A stretch of DNA of 60,280 nucleotides from a virus (lineage: Duplodnaviria; Caudoviricetes): IMG/VR virus record IMGVR_UViG_3300031718_000012, positions 1-60,280 of that record. The stretch is one strand, 5' to 3'. This document shows positions 17,916 to 27,137 of the stretch, in pieces; the first letter of the stretch is position 1, and each line of letters opens with the position of its first letter. The translations under genes and the position numbers were made by a program. The notes beneath the pieces were generated by a model, which saw only the letters and a program-made list of their open reading frames with translations, was not told where the DNA came from and ran no database searches.

Positions 17916-18302
17916 TTACTTCGGAGCTGGAGCCGGTACGGATCCCGCGGTCGGTGGCGTCGGCGGCGGCGGCTTCAACTTGTAGAATTTTCGAGTACTG
18001 ACGTTGATGTCGTAGCCTGGCCCGGCCTCTCCGGTCATCTGATTATTCAAGCGTTGCGCCACTCCGCGCCACTGGTCGACGACAGGCTGCATTTTCTTAT
18101 CGTCCTCCGCGAGCTTCTCACGCAGATTTTCCCAGATGGCCAGGTTGTCGAGATACTGCTGCGAGGGACACTTTTCATCTGCACCAGCGACGCAGGTATC
18201 GGCGCTATATTTGTGATGATGGTCGACCCCGAATGCCCAATAGAGAGCGCCGGCGAGAAGCGCACAGACCGCGACAAGCCCTGCGGTGTTCTTGAAGTTC
18301 AT
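17916..18302 (-). CDS. membrane-anchored periplasmic protein (possible spanin-like)
   Basis: N-terminal TM, Cys pair, coiled coil, Pro-rich tail; GGAGG RBS. Confidence 0.55.
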   Translation of the reverse strand: MNFKNTAGLVAVCALLAGALYWAFGVDHHHKYSADTCVAGADEKCPSQQYLDNLAIWENLREKLAEDDKKMQPVVDQWRGVAQRLNNQMTGEAGPGYDINVSTRKFYKLKPPPPTPPTAGSVPAPAPK

Positions 18303-18325
18303 AAGGTGGAATTTCCTCCGGCGAC

Positions 18326-18354
18326 AATCTACATCCGACCGGGCCGCGCGTCAA
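18326..18354 (-). promoter_or_regulatory. internal sigma70-type promoter
   Basis: TTGACG-17-TAGATT upstream of the 18302 start. Confidence 0.65.
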
Positions 18355-18755
18355 CGATGGAGCCAAAGACTGAGTAACTGGCCCAGCACGACCAAGACCA
18401 GCCCTACCCATTGCAACCTGGTTTGCCTCTCCTGATCCTTCGTCTTCTTCTGCTGCTTCTCCATATTCTCAGTATTGGTTTTTACCGCGCCGGCGAGACT
18501 CTGTACGCTTTCGAGCTTAGATACTTTGTCCTTCACGGAGCCCAGCTCTTCGCGGAAATTTTCCCGCATGTTCGCCACGTCCGAACGGAACCCGTCGATC
18601 ACACCCTGGACCGCTCCCTGCATGATCGATAACTCGCTTTTGTCTGCTTTGTTTCGGAGCTCCTTCAATATGTCGTCCTGTTTTTTGTTTATGTTATCCA
18701 GGACTCCTACTAAGGGCACCGAAAGCATGGGTTCAGACGGTTTGTTGTTTGACAT
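18351..18755 (-). CDS. coiled-coil protein with C-terminal TM helix (XhlA/holin-associated type)
   Basis: Heptad repeats then LQWVGLVLVVLGQLLSLWL. Confidence 0.6.
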   Translation of the reverse strand: MSNNKPSEPMLSVPLVGVLDNINKKQDDILKELRNKADKSELSIMQGAVQGVIDGFRSDVANMRENFREELGSVKDKVSKLESVQSLAGAVKTNTENMEKQQKKTKDQERQTRLQWVGLVLVVLGQLLSLWLHR

Positions 18756-18784
18756 TTTTTTTGATTTCCTGCGAGACATCAAAC

Positions 18785-19255
18785 CTACTTTCCGGATTCA
18801 GTGGAGCTTTTCTGGACCACCGTAGCCTCCGGAGCTACTAACTTCACTTCATCGACCTTATCCTTGGGAACGTTCATCTGCTGGAAGTCCGAAGGAGCCA
18901 GCTTGTCCTTGAAGAACGCGGGAATAAATTTCTGTGCGAAGAACCAGTCGATCAGCGAATCGGAAACGAAACCTAGCGCCATGAATGGCACCACGCCGGG
19001 ATTGATGTTGAACGGAAGGTGCCATCCAAATAGACCGAAGACGGCCGTGAAGCCGAATTTCTCGCACGCGTACCAGATAAAAAACGCAATGAACCATCGC
19101 GTCAGAATCGTGATGACGTTGCGCACGACGAAAGCCCAAACCGTGTGGAGCGGATTGGGATCCGCGGAAGTTACGAGCTGCGCGCGTTTCAGCAAGAACA
19201 CAAACTCGCCCAACAGAAAGCCCAGATAGCTGAAGACCAGAAGCCAGTTAATCAT
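18785..19255 (-). CDS. candidate holin
   Basis: Three to four TM segments, charged C-terminus, position after fibre genes. Confidence 0.55.
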   Translation of the reverse strand: MINWLLVFSYLGFLLGEFVFLLKRAQLVTSADPNPLHTVWAFVVRNVITILTRWFIAFFIWYACEKFGFTAVFGLFGWHLPFNINPGVVPFMALGFVSDSLIDWFFAQKFIPAFFKDKLAPSDFQQMNVPKDKVDEVKLVAPEATVVQKSSTESGK

Positions 19256-19265
19256 CGCGTATCTC

Positions 19266-21578
19266 CTAAATGCTCAGAGCTGCTTTTACCTTCGACACGA
19301 ACCAGGCAAACATCGAGCTGACTGGCGACGGCGCCGTCGGAGTTCCGCCGCCGACGGCTGTTAGTGGATGTGGATAGGTGTACGGGGTGTAGGTTAAGCC
19401 CCAAGTGTTCGTTGCGGTGCAGGTGTAGAATTTTCCTTGGCCGCTGTAGCTTGCGGGATTCGACCCAGCCGTCGTATTCCACGATCCCTGATCCGTTGCC
19501 CAATATCCTACCCCGGTGGTACAGGTCGTTGGACGAAGAGCGAGCGTTCCGTGGCCGTCACCCGTAGTTCCATTGAACGGGGTACAGGTGCTGCCAGTAG
19601 GACATGAAGTTTGCGCGGTTTGATTCGATGGCTCGATAAAATAATTCCGGTTTGCCAAATATCGCAGACTCTGGTTCGATTCCAGCTTTACTGGATGCGC
19701 GATTGTCAGGCCGTTCAAAGTTGTCGCGATGATATGTGGGGGAACTAAACTTGCCGTGGGTATAAGCGGCAGAGGTACTTGAACTCCGGGCGTGCTTTGG
19801 ATGGCCTGCTCCATTGCGCGCCCCGGATCGTCAAGCGTTTGCGGCGCTCGCGTAATGACGCCGACATCCCCGGTATTCCAGGTCTGGGCTGAGCTGGTGT
19901 TAGTCGTTGGAGTCGCGTCGTACGTGAATGCCGTTCCAGAGTTTGTCGCAATCGTACTGCAAAACCCCTGGGTAACATTGCAAAGCGAGTAAGGTGACCC
20001 GCTGTTTACCCATTGGCTCGCGGTATAGCTTACCGAGCTTGTCGGAGTGCTGGCCCCATTAGACCCGGTGTGAGTGAACGCCCCATATAGAGTCGTTTCG
20101 GTGAGTCTGATCTGACCGCCATTGGTGAACGCCAGACCATTCAATCCGAATGAAGTAAAGCCACCGACGGTCAGCGAGTTCGCAGTGTTCGACAGGACGA
20201 AAGCTGTAGCGTCAGTTGTTGCATCCCACGCGAGCCATATATTCGCTCCAGGTGAACCGACGTTCAGGGTAAACGCGCCCGAGGTCCACGGAGAAGTCGT
20301 AATTGGAATAGTCGACCCACTCACGGTGCCAATGACCCAGGGGCCGGTATCGACTCTGTTGTCGAGAGCGTCGTAAACTGATCCGCCGCAGCGCCCATAT
20401 CCAGTGTCGCGAAAGCACCTCTGATGCTGGATGTTGAGCAGAAAAGTTAAAGTGGTAGCTCCGCCGAGGCAGCTAACATTCCCGCCGAAAGCCAGCGCGA
20501 TTCCGTCGCGCATGTTGAACGGACCCACGTCGTCGCCGTTGCACTCCGTTATGCTGTTCCAGACGAACGTATCTTCCAGAGAAACGTACTTGCATCCCAA
20601 TCTAGCTCTTCCGCTGGTGTCGGTTCCGTGACAAGTCAAGAACGGCGCGCCCAGACTCCCGCCAGCGTAGCTGTTGAATCGAGATTCGAAACGTCCGCCG
20701 CCGCCAAATCCGGGTTGGCCCTTGGGCGGAAACTCGCTCTCGGTCGTTCCGTACTGCCAGTTATTGTTTTCCAGATATATTTGAGTGCTGTCCGCGTTCC
20801 CTGGCCAAGGTTGCGTCCAAGAATTGTCGCCGTATCCCGCCGTGCCACCAGCAGGAACGCCCATATAGTTCGACATTTCTAAGTTCGAACATTCGATAGA
20901 GCCAGACCCGGCAAGAGGGATACAGGTCGTGTGGTCGATCACTCCGAAGAAATTGTCGATGAGAATTTTTCCGTTGGTCCCCGAACCGTTCGCGGAGTTG
21001 CTGAAACCTGTAAAAGAAATGTTGTCGATGCGGATGAAGGGAGCGCCGGAAGTTGTTTCGACTCCATACAGACTCATTGGCGGGCCGCCGTTCGTCAGCG
21101 CCCCCGTGCAGGGCGACGGATTGCCGCTGCCGTTGCATGGAACTATCGCTAGCATCGAAACGTGAACGTATTGCCCTGGAATCGCCGCCGAACATCCAGC
21201 TTGCGCTACTCCGTTAAAGGCGATTAGCGGAGTCGAACTATTATTGAATTGATCCAAGATAGTTGTGCTGTTGGTTGCCGAGCCCAATTGGGAAGGTAGA
21301 TTGTTTGGTACGCCAGCACCGATTATCGAAATGCATTTATTTGTGTTTACGCCAGCGCCCCAGACACAAGTACCCGCAGGGACGGCAACCGTGTCGCCAT
21401 TTGACGTGAGGTTTATGGCGTTCTGTACGTCGGTCGAGCCGCAAGTGACGGCGTTGAAAGTCGTAGCGCCGGCGACGCTGGGGAACGCCAGGAAGAGCCC
21501 GGCCATAAATATCGGCTGCCAGACCAGCTCAAGCGCTAGGACAAATGTTAGGACGTACGCTACAAATTTTTTCATCAT
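19266..21578 (-). CDS. signal-peptide-bearing beta-helix/glycan-interacting protein (tailspike-like)
   Basis: TDVQNAINLTSNGDTVAVPAGTC pectin-lyase-like start; G/N/T/S-rich; YTPYTYPHPL end. Confidence 0.65.
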   Translation of the reverse strand: MMKKFVAYVLTFVLALELVWQPIFMAGLFLAFPSVAGATTFNAVTCGSTDVQNAINLTSNGDTVAVPAGTCVWGAGVNTNKCISIIGAGVPNNLPSQLGSATNSTTILDQFNNSSTPLIAFNGVAQAGCSAAIPGQYVHVSMLAIVPCNGSGNPSPCTGALTNGGPPMSLYGVETTSGAPFIRIDNISFTGFSNSANGSGTNGKILIDNFFGVIDHTTCIPLAGSGSIECSNLEMSNYMGVPAGGTAGYGDNSWTQPWPGNADSTQIYLENNNWQYGTTESEFPPKGQPGFGGGGRFESRFNSYAGGSLGAPFLTCHGTDTSGRARLGCKYVSLEDTFVWNSITECNGDDVGPFNMRDGIALAFGGNVSCLGGATTLTFLLNIQHQRCFRDTGYGRCGGSVYDALDNRVDTGPWVIGTVSGSTIPITTSPWTSGAFTLNVGSPGANIWLAWDATTDATAFVLSNTANSLTVGGFTSFGLNGLAFTNGGQIRLTETTLYGAFTHTGSNGASTPTSSVSYTASQWVNSGSPYSLCNVTQGFCSTIATNSGTAFTYDATPTTNTSSAQTWNTGDVGVITRAPQTLDDPGRAMEQAIQSTPGVQVPLPLIPTASLVPPHIIATTLNGLTIAHPVKLESNQSLRYLANRNYFIEPSNQTAQTSCPTGSTCTPFNGTTGDGHGTLALRPTTCTTGVGYWATDQGSWNTTAGSNPASYSGQGKFYTCTATNTWGLTYTPYTYPHPLTAVGGGTPTAPSPVSSMFAWFVSKVKAALSI

Positions 21579-21582
21579 CCAC

Positions 21583-24500
21583 CTAGTGATTGGCGATTAT
21601 CAGAGCAACCGCATATTGCGGAGTCGTTGAGCAGCCGGTTGACGCCAGCGTGCTGGCTGCGGCGTAAAGTAGAGCGTTGACCGAAACGTTGGACGCGATC
21701 GACACCACACTTTGGACGAACGTTCCTGAGCCATTACCGACTGTGCCATTCCCCGAAATCGTCAGTGTCGGCCCGGCAATGGTCTGGGTGTTACCGTTCG
21801 CGTCGGTGTAGGTGATCGTCGGCTGAGCCGTGTTGCTCGCAGCTGAACAGCCGACGCCGGCGCGCGTCTGGTAAACCTGAATTCCAACGATGGCGCCACT
21901 GAAGAAGCTAGCCGCGCTGCTCGAGCCGAGCGCTGCACCAAAATTGGTCGCAGCGGAAACGGGATTGCCGCCCGCGATCGTTGCAGCGACGTTCAACACG
22001 TTAGAGGAATTGTTTTGGTTTAATCCCCCCGAGAAAGACAGCGGGGCGTCTCCCTCGTAATCGGTCGACGTCGCCGTGTTGGCCGCGACGAACATCGTGC
22101 GCCATTTGTTCAGGACCGGGACCGACGCGCTGCCGTTGAAAGTATCGCCACCGGCAAATGCGACCGTTGAGTTCGTGGTTCCGACGGTCATCAAGAAAAT
22201 CTGGAACGTGGTCGATGGCTGCGTGGCTGGAAAGGTATACGCGCAAGCCGCCGTGCAATTCATGATGACGAGCTTGCCGTTGTCGGCGGAAGTTGCTCCC
22301 TGGGACGTCGTGTACGTGACCGACCCGTTGAACCCGCCGCCGCCCGAACCGTTCGACGCTGCGGTGATCAGGCCTTTCGCGTTGACGGTAATGTTCGCAT
22401 TCGTGAAAGAGCCGACATTCGAGTTGACCGTGGCAAGCGTTGTAACCAAGCCTCCGGCTGTGGTGGTTAGGTCGCCAGTAAGCGCGGGGAATGCGGTGCC
22501 CGATAGCCGCCCATTCGCATCGGTCGGAAGAATCTCAGCCGACCAGTAATTGTTCGAAGCATCGGTCCACCAGAAAGCACACTCGGGATTTCCGCTCGCT
22601 CCCTGGCTACGCAGGATCTGCGTCGCATTTCCGTTTACCGTCGACGTCGTTGGCGTAACAGTCGCGACGACCGTTCCGGTATTGCACAACGCGAAAGCGA
22701 AACCGCTGGTGAGCGTCGCGCCCGAAGGTACGCTCAGCGCCGTCGACGTGGTGTTATTCGTGAGCTGGACGAGGTGTACGTTATCGGTCTGGGTGACCGC
22801 CGGCGTCGCGCTCGATTGCGCGTCGACTGGAACGCCAGGCGTCGAATTCACGATCGCCGTGCCGTTGTACATGAGCGTCTGGCCCGACGTGAGCGACGTC
22901 AGCGTGAGTGTGGTGCCCTGCAATTTCGAAACAGTTTGTGACGTGCTAGTTCCGGTCAGGTCGCCGCCCGCCGTGAAACTTCCGCTGGGACATCCGGACG
23001 TCGTAGCGCCGCCGTTCGCATCGGTGCACAGCGCCGCGCTGGTTCCGGTAATAGTCCCTGCCGACAATACGTTGACATCAGTGCCTTGAATCGCGGTGAA
23101 GAAGACAGCTTTCCCGGATCCCAGTTCGTCGGTGAGCGCGGCCGCAAGATTCGCGCTGGACGGAGTGCCCAGAAAAGTTGCGACACCGGTGCCCAAGCCC
23201 GAGACTCCGGTTGAAATTGGCAGACCGGTGGCGTTCGTGAGTACTCCGCTCGCGGGAGTGCCGAGAGCGGGAGTGACCAGCGTCGGCGACGTAGCGAAGA
23301 CGAGGGCGCCCGTTCCGGTTTCTCCCGTGACGGCCGCGGCCAGATTCGCGCTCGACGGAGTCGCGAGAAACGTGGCTACCCCGGCTGCCAGGCCAGACAC
23401 ACCGGTTGAAATCGGTAGACCTGTCGCGTTAGTCAACACCCCGCTTGCTGGCGTCCCGAGCGCCGGGGTGACAAACGTCGGCGATGTCGCGAAGACCAAC
23501 GCGCCGGTTCCGGTTTCGTCGGAAATTACTCCAGCGAGTTGCGCGGAAGTTGTCGCGGCGAACTGGTTCAGGCCGGATCCCGTGACGCCGCAAGTGGCGC
23601 ACGCGATCGCGCCGGCCGCGCTGATGGTGATTGGCGAGCTGCCGCTCAGTCCAGCCGATCCGACATTCGCGATCGGTATCCCCGTCGGCATCATCGCCGC
23701 CGTCAGACCGTTCAAGGTCGCGCCAGCCGTAAGCGTTAGAATTCCCGTAGCGCCCAGCGTCAAGGTATGCGGAGATGTGAACGTCAAATCCGGTTCGCAA
23801 CCGAACGCGCCGCCATTGTTGATTTGAACTGACAGCGCGGTTGTGGTGCAGGGGACGCCGGCGCTGCCGTTCGCCGCTGCGGTAATTGAGCCGTCAGCAG
23901 CAACCGTGATATTCGCGTTGGTGTAGCTGCCCGGAGTTACCGCTGTCGCCGCGATGTTGGCGTGCGGGATCCCGGTGGGGAGCATGGCGACCGTCAAACC
24001 GTTCAGCGTGGACCCGGCCGCGAGCGTCAGGATTCCGGTGGCACTCAAGGTGAGAGTGTGCGGCGAAGTGAAAGTTAAATCCGGCTCGCAAGCAAAAGCT
24101 CCGGAGACGTTGAGCTGCACCGAGCCCGCGACGGCGGTGCACGGAACCGTGATGGTTCCATTCGACGCCGCGGTGATCGACCCGTCAGCGGCGACGGTGA
24201 TGTTGGCGTTCGTATAGCTGCCGGGCGTGACGGCCGTGGGCGCGATGTTCGCGTGCGCGAGCTGCGCGACCAGGCTTAATACGCCGTTCGTGTCGAAGAA
24301 AATTCCGGTGGAAGCGGCGAGAGTCGGAAGCGCCAGGCCGCGCAAACCGACGACGGTTTGTGACGTCAGTGTCCCGTTCAGATCCCCGCCGGCTGCGAAC
24401 AGCGGACAAGAAACCGTGGTCGCGCCGCCGTTGCCGTCGGTGCAAAGCAAGAGCGCTGAAGTCCCTCCGATCGTTCCCGAGGAAAGCAGGTTGCTGTCGG

Positions 24501-25146
24501 TGCCCTGGACCGCGAGCGTCATGGTGTCGACGTAGGGCGAACCGGACGTTCCGGATCCGGTTTGCGTCAGCGACCATACACGAGAAGGCGCGGCGATAAT
24601 TTGCAGGAAATTATTTGACCCGGTAATCGCGGTCTGCGCGCCCCACTGGTAGCTCGCAAAAATGCTCGAGCCGCTGGAAGATCCTCCGAAGATGAATCCA
24701 TCGACGGTGACCAGGCCGGCGAATCCGGTCGACGTGGTTGAATCATGAAGGAATCCGATGACCCAGGTTCCGGCGGTCGGCGGGTTCGATTGTGCGTGGC
24801 ACTCGGTCGACGTAGTCGGGCTGTTGACGACGTAGCTCGCGCCGGAATTGAAAGTGTTCGAGTCGAAGGTGCAAAGCGCCAAGCCTCCGAAAGCAAGCGC
24901 GGCTGGCGTCGTCGCGGAAACTCCCGCGCCACCGACGACGATATAGGTCGGAACCTGAGTGTCCGTGATGCCGGCATTGATTGCACGGCCGGCGAGAGAA
25001 ACTTTTGCGGTTCCATTGAGCGTGGTTCCCGTCGTTGTGTCGTTTGGCTGGGGGAACGCGCGCGCGCCATTTATGACCGCCTGGCCCTGGGCCCCCAGGA
25101 CGGCGAGAAGAATGAGCAGAACCGGTGCGAAAAGTTTTTTGATCAT
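21583..25146 (-). CDS. repeat-rich tail-fibre-like protein with signal peptide
   Basis: VTPGSYTNANITVAADGSITAA and TPASGVLTNATGLPISTGVSGL repeats; MIKKLFAPVLLILLAVLGAQG leader. Confidence 0.75.
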   Translation of the reverse strand: MIKKLFAPVLLILLAVLGAQGQAVINGARAFPQPNDTTTGTTLNGTAKVSLAGRAINAGITDTQVPTYIVVGGAGVSATTPAALAFGGLALCTFDSNTFNSGASYVVNSPTTSTECHAQSNPPTAGTWVIGFLHDSTTSTGFAGLVTVDGFIFGGSSSGSSIFASYQWGAQTAITGSNNFLQIIAAPSRVWSLTQTGSGTSGSPYVDTMTLAVQGTDSNLLSSGTIGGTSALLLCTDGNGGATTVSCPLFAAGGDLNGTLTSQTVVGLRGLALPTLAASTGIFFDTNGVLSLVAQLAHANIAPTAVTPGSYTNANITVAADGSITAASNGTITVPCTAVAGSVQLNVSGAFACEPDLTFTSPHTLTLSATGILTLAAGSTLNGLTVAMLPTGIPHANIAATAVTPGSYTNANITVAADGSITAAANGSAGVPCTTTALSVQINNGGAFGCEPDLTFTSPHTLTLGATGILTLTAGATLNGLTAAMMPTGIPIANVGSAGLSGSSPITISAAGAIACATCGVTGSGLNQFAATTSAQLAGVISDETGTGALVFATSPTFVTPALGTPASGVLTNATGLPISTGVSGLAAGVATFLATPSSANLAAAVTGETGTGALVFATSPTLVTPALGTPASGVLTNATGLPISTGVSGLGTGVATFLGTPSSANLAAALTDELGSGKAVFFTAIQGTDVNVLSAGTITGTSAALCTDANGGATTSGCPSGSFTAGGDLTGTSTSQTVSKLQGTTLTLTSLTSGQTLMYNGTAIVNSTPGVPVDAQSSATPAVTQTDNVHLVQLTNNTTSTALSVPSGATLTSGFAFALCNTGTVVATVTPTTSTVNGNATQILRSQGASGNPECAFWWTDASNNYWSAEILPTDANGRLSGTAFPALTGDLTTTAGGLVTTLATVNSNVGSFTNANITVNAKGLITAASNGSGGGGFNGSVTYTTSQGATSADNGKLVIMNCTAACAYTFPATQPSTTFQIFLMTVGTTNSTVAFAGGDTFNGSASVPVLNKWRTMFVAANTATSTDYEGDAPLSFSGGLNQNNSSNVLNVAATIAGGNPVSAATNFGAALGSSSAASFFSGAIVGIQVYQTRAGVGCSAASNTAQPTITYTDANGNTQTIAGPTLTISGNGTVGNGSGTFVQSVVSIASNVSVNALLYAAASTLASTGCSTTPQYAVALIIANH

Positions 25147-26078
25147 TGCGTCAGCACAACCTTTCCGGCCTGAGCGAGCGCCCAGAGAATCGTTACATTC
25201 CCTGAGCTGTCCACGTTCAGGCTGGCGGGTTCGATACGATTTCCGTTCGAGTCATACGTTGCGACCTGCAGGCTGGGCCCCAGGTTGTGAGTCGCCACTG
25301 GAATCGACCAGGTGGTGGAGCTGGTTTCGGTCTGCGCGAATACCGCGGGCCCCGTTCCGTTCAGAACGCAATAACCGGATTGCGCGATCGAGAAGGTGAC
25401 AACGACGTCGAACGTGGTTTGGTTGATCGTCCAATTCGCGGGCAGTAGCGCGTTCGCGGGTGATGCGTTGTCATAGCACGCGAGAATCAGATGGGTGGTA
25501 GCGAGCTGGTGAACTGAGCCAAGCATGGTGACCGTGGTGACTGAGACAAACGACTGCGCGTAGTTCGGCGCGGCCGGTCCTCCACCGCCCCCGCCTCCAC
25601 CCCCGCCGCCCTGCCTCCAGGTCTCAATCCACTGCGACCCGATGAGCGTCAGCCCGATCGCGTCGGTCGACGTGCTGCAGGTCCATGGCGACACGGCCAG
25701 CCGGATATCCACGGAACTGACAATCGAAGTGAAGTGGTCACCAGTGCCACAGAAAATCTGAATCGATTTGCCCGGGAACCCGCCGTTGAACGCGGTAATG
25801 TTCACGTTCGCGACGTTCTGCGTAAGCCAGTTGGTATAGCCAGCGACCGAGGGAGACGACGTTGACTGCTGCAGCTTGCCGTAACCGCCTAGCAGTCCAT
25901 CCAGAATGTTGAAGTTCGCGTTAAGGCAGTTGCCCCACACGCCGATGTTTCCGATGGGCGGAAGCCATAGCCGGACGTTTATGGTTGGCGTGCAAGGAAA
26001 ATACTGCGCATGCGCCACGCCCGAAACGACCGCCAGAAGAAAAACTAGAGCCGCGAGTTTTAGAATTTTCATTCGCAT
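25143..26078 (-). CDS. tail-fibre-like protein with signal peptide and poly-Gly linker
   Basis: AHA signal peptidase site; INVRLWLP...WGNCLNANFNILD fibre-anchor-like motif; two (H)NLG...YD repeats. Confidence 0.7.
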   Translation of the reverse strand: MRMKILKLAALVFLLAVVSGVAHAQYFPCTPTINVRLWLPPIGNIGVWGNCLNANFNILDGLLGGYGKLQQSTSSPSVAGYTNWLTQNVANVNITAFNGGFPGKSIQIFCGTGDHFTSIVSSVDIRLAVSPWTCSTSTDAIGLTLIGSQWIETWRQGGGGGGGGGGGPAAPNYAQSFVSVTTVTMLGSVHQLATTHLILACYDNASPANALLPANWTINQTTFDVVVTFSIAQSGYCVLNGTGPAVFAQTETSSTTWSIPVATHNLGPSLQVATYDSNGNRIEPASLNVDSSGNVTILWALAQAGKVVLTQ

Positions 26079-26087
26079 GTCGTCACC

Positions 26088-26161
26088 AAAAAAAAATGGC
26101 TCGCAAGCGCCGAAGCGCCTACGAGCCATCAGAGTCGGTCCTAAAATTCAGGAGCTCAGAT
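26088..26161 (-). promoter_or_regulatory. conserved structured element plus intrinsic terminator (copy A)
   Basis: ATCTGAGC-TCCT-loop-AGGA-CCGACTCTG then ATGGCTCGTAGGCGC-TTCG-GCGCTTGCGAGCCAT and a T tract. Confidence 0.8.
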
Positions 26162-26168
26162 CAAGGCT

Positions 26169-26360
26169 CTACAACCTGGTTTCTTTCAACTCTCGCTTAA
26201 GACTCTTGTGCAAACATTCCGCGTCGACCAGCTCGCCATCGCGAAAGTGAATCGACACCGTTCCGTTTCGCGGACCCACTTTGAGAGCGTGAAACAAAAC
26301 TTCATCGACTTCGAGCTTTTCCCCTGTCGACGATTTGACTTCGCACTTGGGCTGGGCCAC
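26169..26360 (-). CDS. 63-aa DUF2292 (YezD/OscA)-like protein
   Basis: AGGAG RBS, GTG start; DEVLFHALKVGPRNGTVSIHFRDGELVDAE matches the helix-G-x-V-x-I-xx-DG pattern. Confidence 0.65.
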   Translation of the reverse strand: MAQPKCEVKSSTGEKLEVDEVLFHALKVGPRNGTVSIHFRDGELVDAECLHKSLKRELKETRL

Positions 26361-26368
26361 GCGCTCTC

Positions 26369-27040
26369 CTACAGACTTGGGACCACCGTGAACTGCATGT
26401 AGCTTTCGTTCACGGTAAAAATTTGGCCGAAGACCTCGAACGACATCGAAGATGCATCGGTCTGACCTTTCGATGTGAACGTGACGGTCGCGCCATTCGC
26501 GTAGTCGGCGGTCACAAAACTTGCGGCGAGTGAACCGTTGGCATTGTTCGCGACGGTATCGGCCTGTGACGGCCCCATGATCGTCGTGCCATCGGTGACG
26601 TACATGCTGATCGTGTTGCCGCTCGATGCCGTGTTCGATGACCAAAAATACATATAGGTGATCAGCACGCGGCAAGGGCAACCGGATGCCGGCATGGTGA
26701 TGGACTGACTGTCGAGCGAGTTCAGCACGCCGCCTGAAATGGTGGTCGTTCCGGCGAGAAACTTGGTGGTGACCGCCTGGACCGGACCGCCGCAGGAAAG
26801 CGGAATCGTGGTGAGCAAGCCACCCGTCGAAGCCTGGACGCATTTGCCGGTGGTCAAGGCCGAATCGGTGAGGGTCGTGAAGACTCCGGTCGATGGTGTG
26901 GTTGCCCCAATCGGAGATGAATCAATCGTTGAGGACTGTACCGCGATGCTGCGGACGACTGTATTCGCCGCGCCGACCGCCACGACGAAAAGCGCGGCGA
27001 GGAATAGGGTTTTCGCGGTATTGACCAGAAAATTCTTCAC
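26369..27040 (-). CDS. short fibre/tip-like protein with signal peptide
   Basis: GGAGG RBS, GTG start; KTLFLAALFVVAVGA leader; IDSSPIGATTPSTGVFTTL fibre-like motif. Confidence 0.7.
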   Translation of the reverse strand: MKNFLVNTAKTLFLAALFVVAVGAANTVVRSIAVQSSTIDSSPIGATTPSTGVFTTLTDSALTTGKCVQASTGGLLTTIPLSCGGPVQAVTTKFLAGTTTISGGVLNSLDSQSITMPASGCPCRVLITYMYFWSSNTASSGNTISMYVTDGTTIMGPSQADTVANNANGSLAASFVTADYANGATVTFTSKGQTDASSMSFEVFGQIFTVNESYMQFTVVPSL

Positions 27041-27042
27041 GC

Positions 27043-27135
27043 CTAGCCTCCCCACTTCGCGTTCCCGATGGCGTTGCCGAGCGAGGCTGCCGCTTGCTTG
27101 GCCGCGTTTTTTACCTTGGACCAAAACTTCTTCAT
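27043..27135 (-). CDS. 30-aa cationic amphipathic peptide (not in the ORF track)
   Basis: MKKFWSKVKNAAKQAAASLGNAIGNAKWGG; 2-nt gaps to both neighbours. Confidence 0.6.
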   Translation of the reverse strand: MKKFWSKVKNAAKQAAASLGNAIGNAKWGG

Positions 27136-27137
27136 AT

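Noticed and set aside
22930-24510. Fibre repeats as a DGR template/variable pair or CRISPR array
   Set aside because: Repeats are in-frame coding modules with mixed substitutions; no reverse transcriptase, cas genes or repeat-spacer periodicity in the window.
25579-25612. Poly-Gly G/C-rich tract as a phase-variable repeat
   Set aside because: Mixed Gly codons without a long homopolymer; consistent with a flexible linker.
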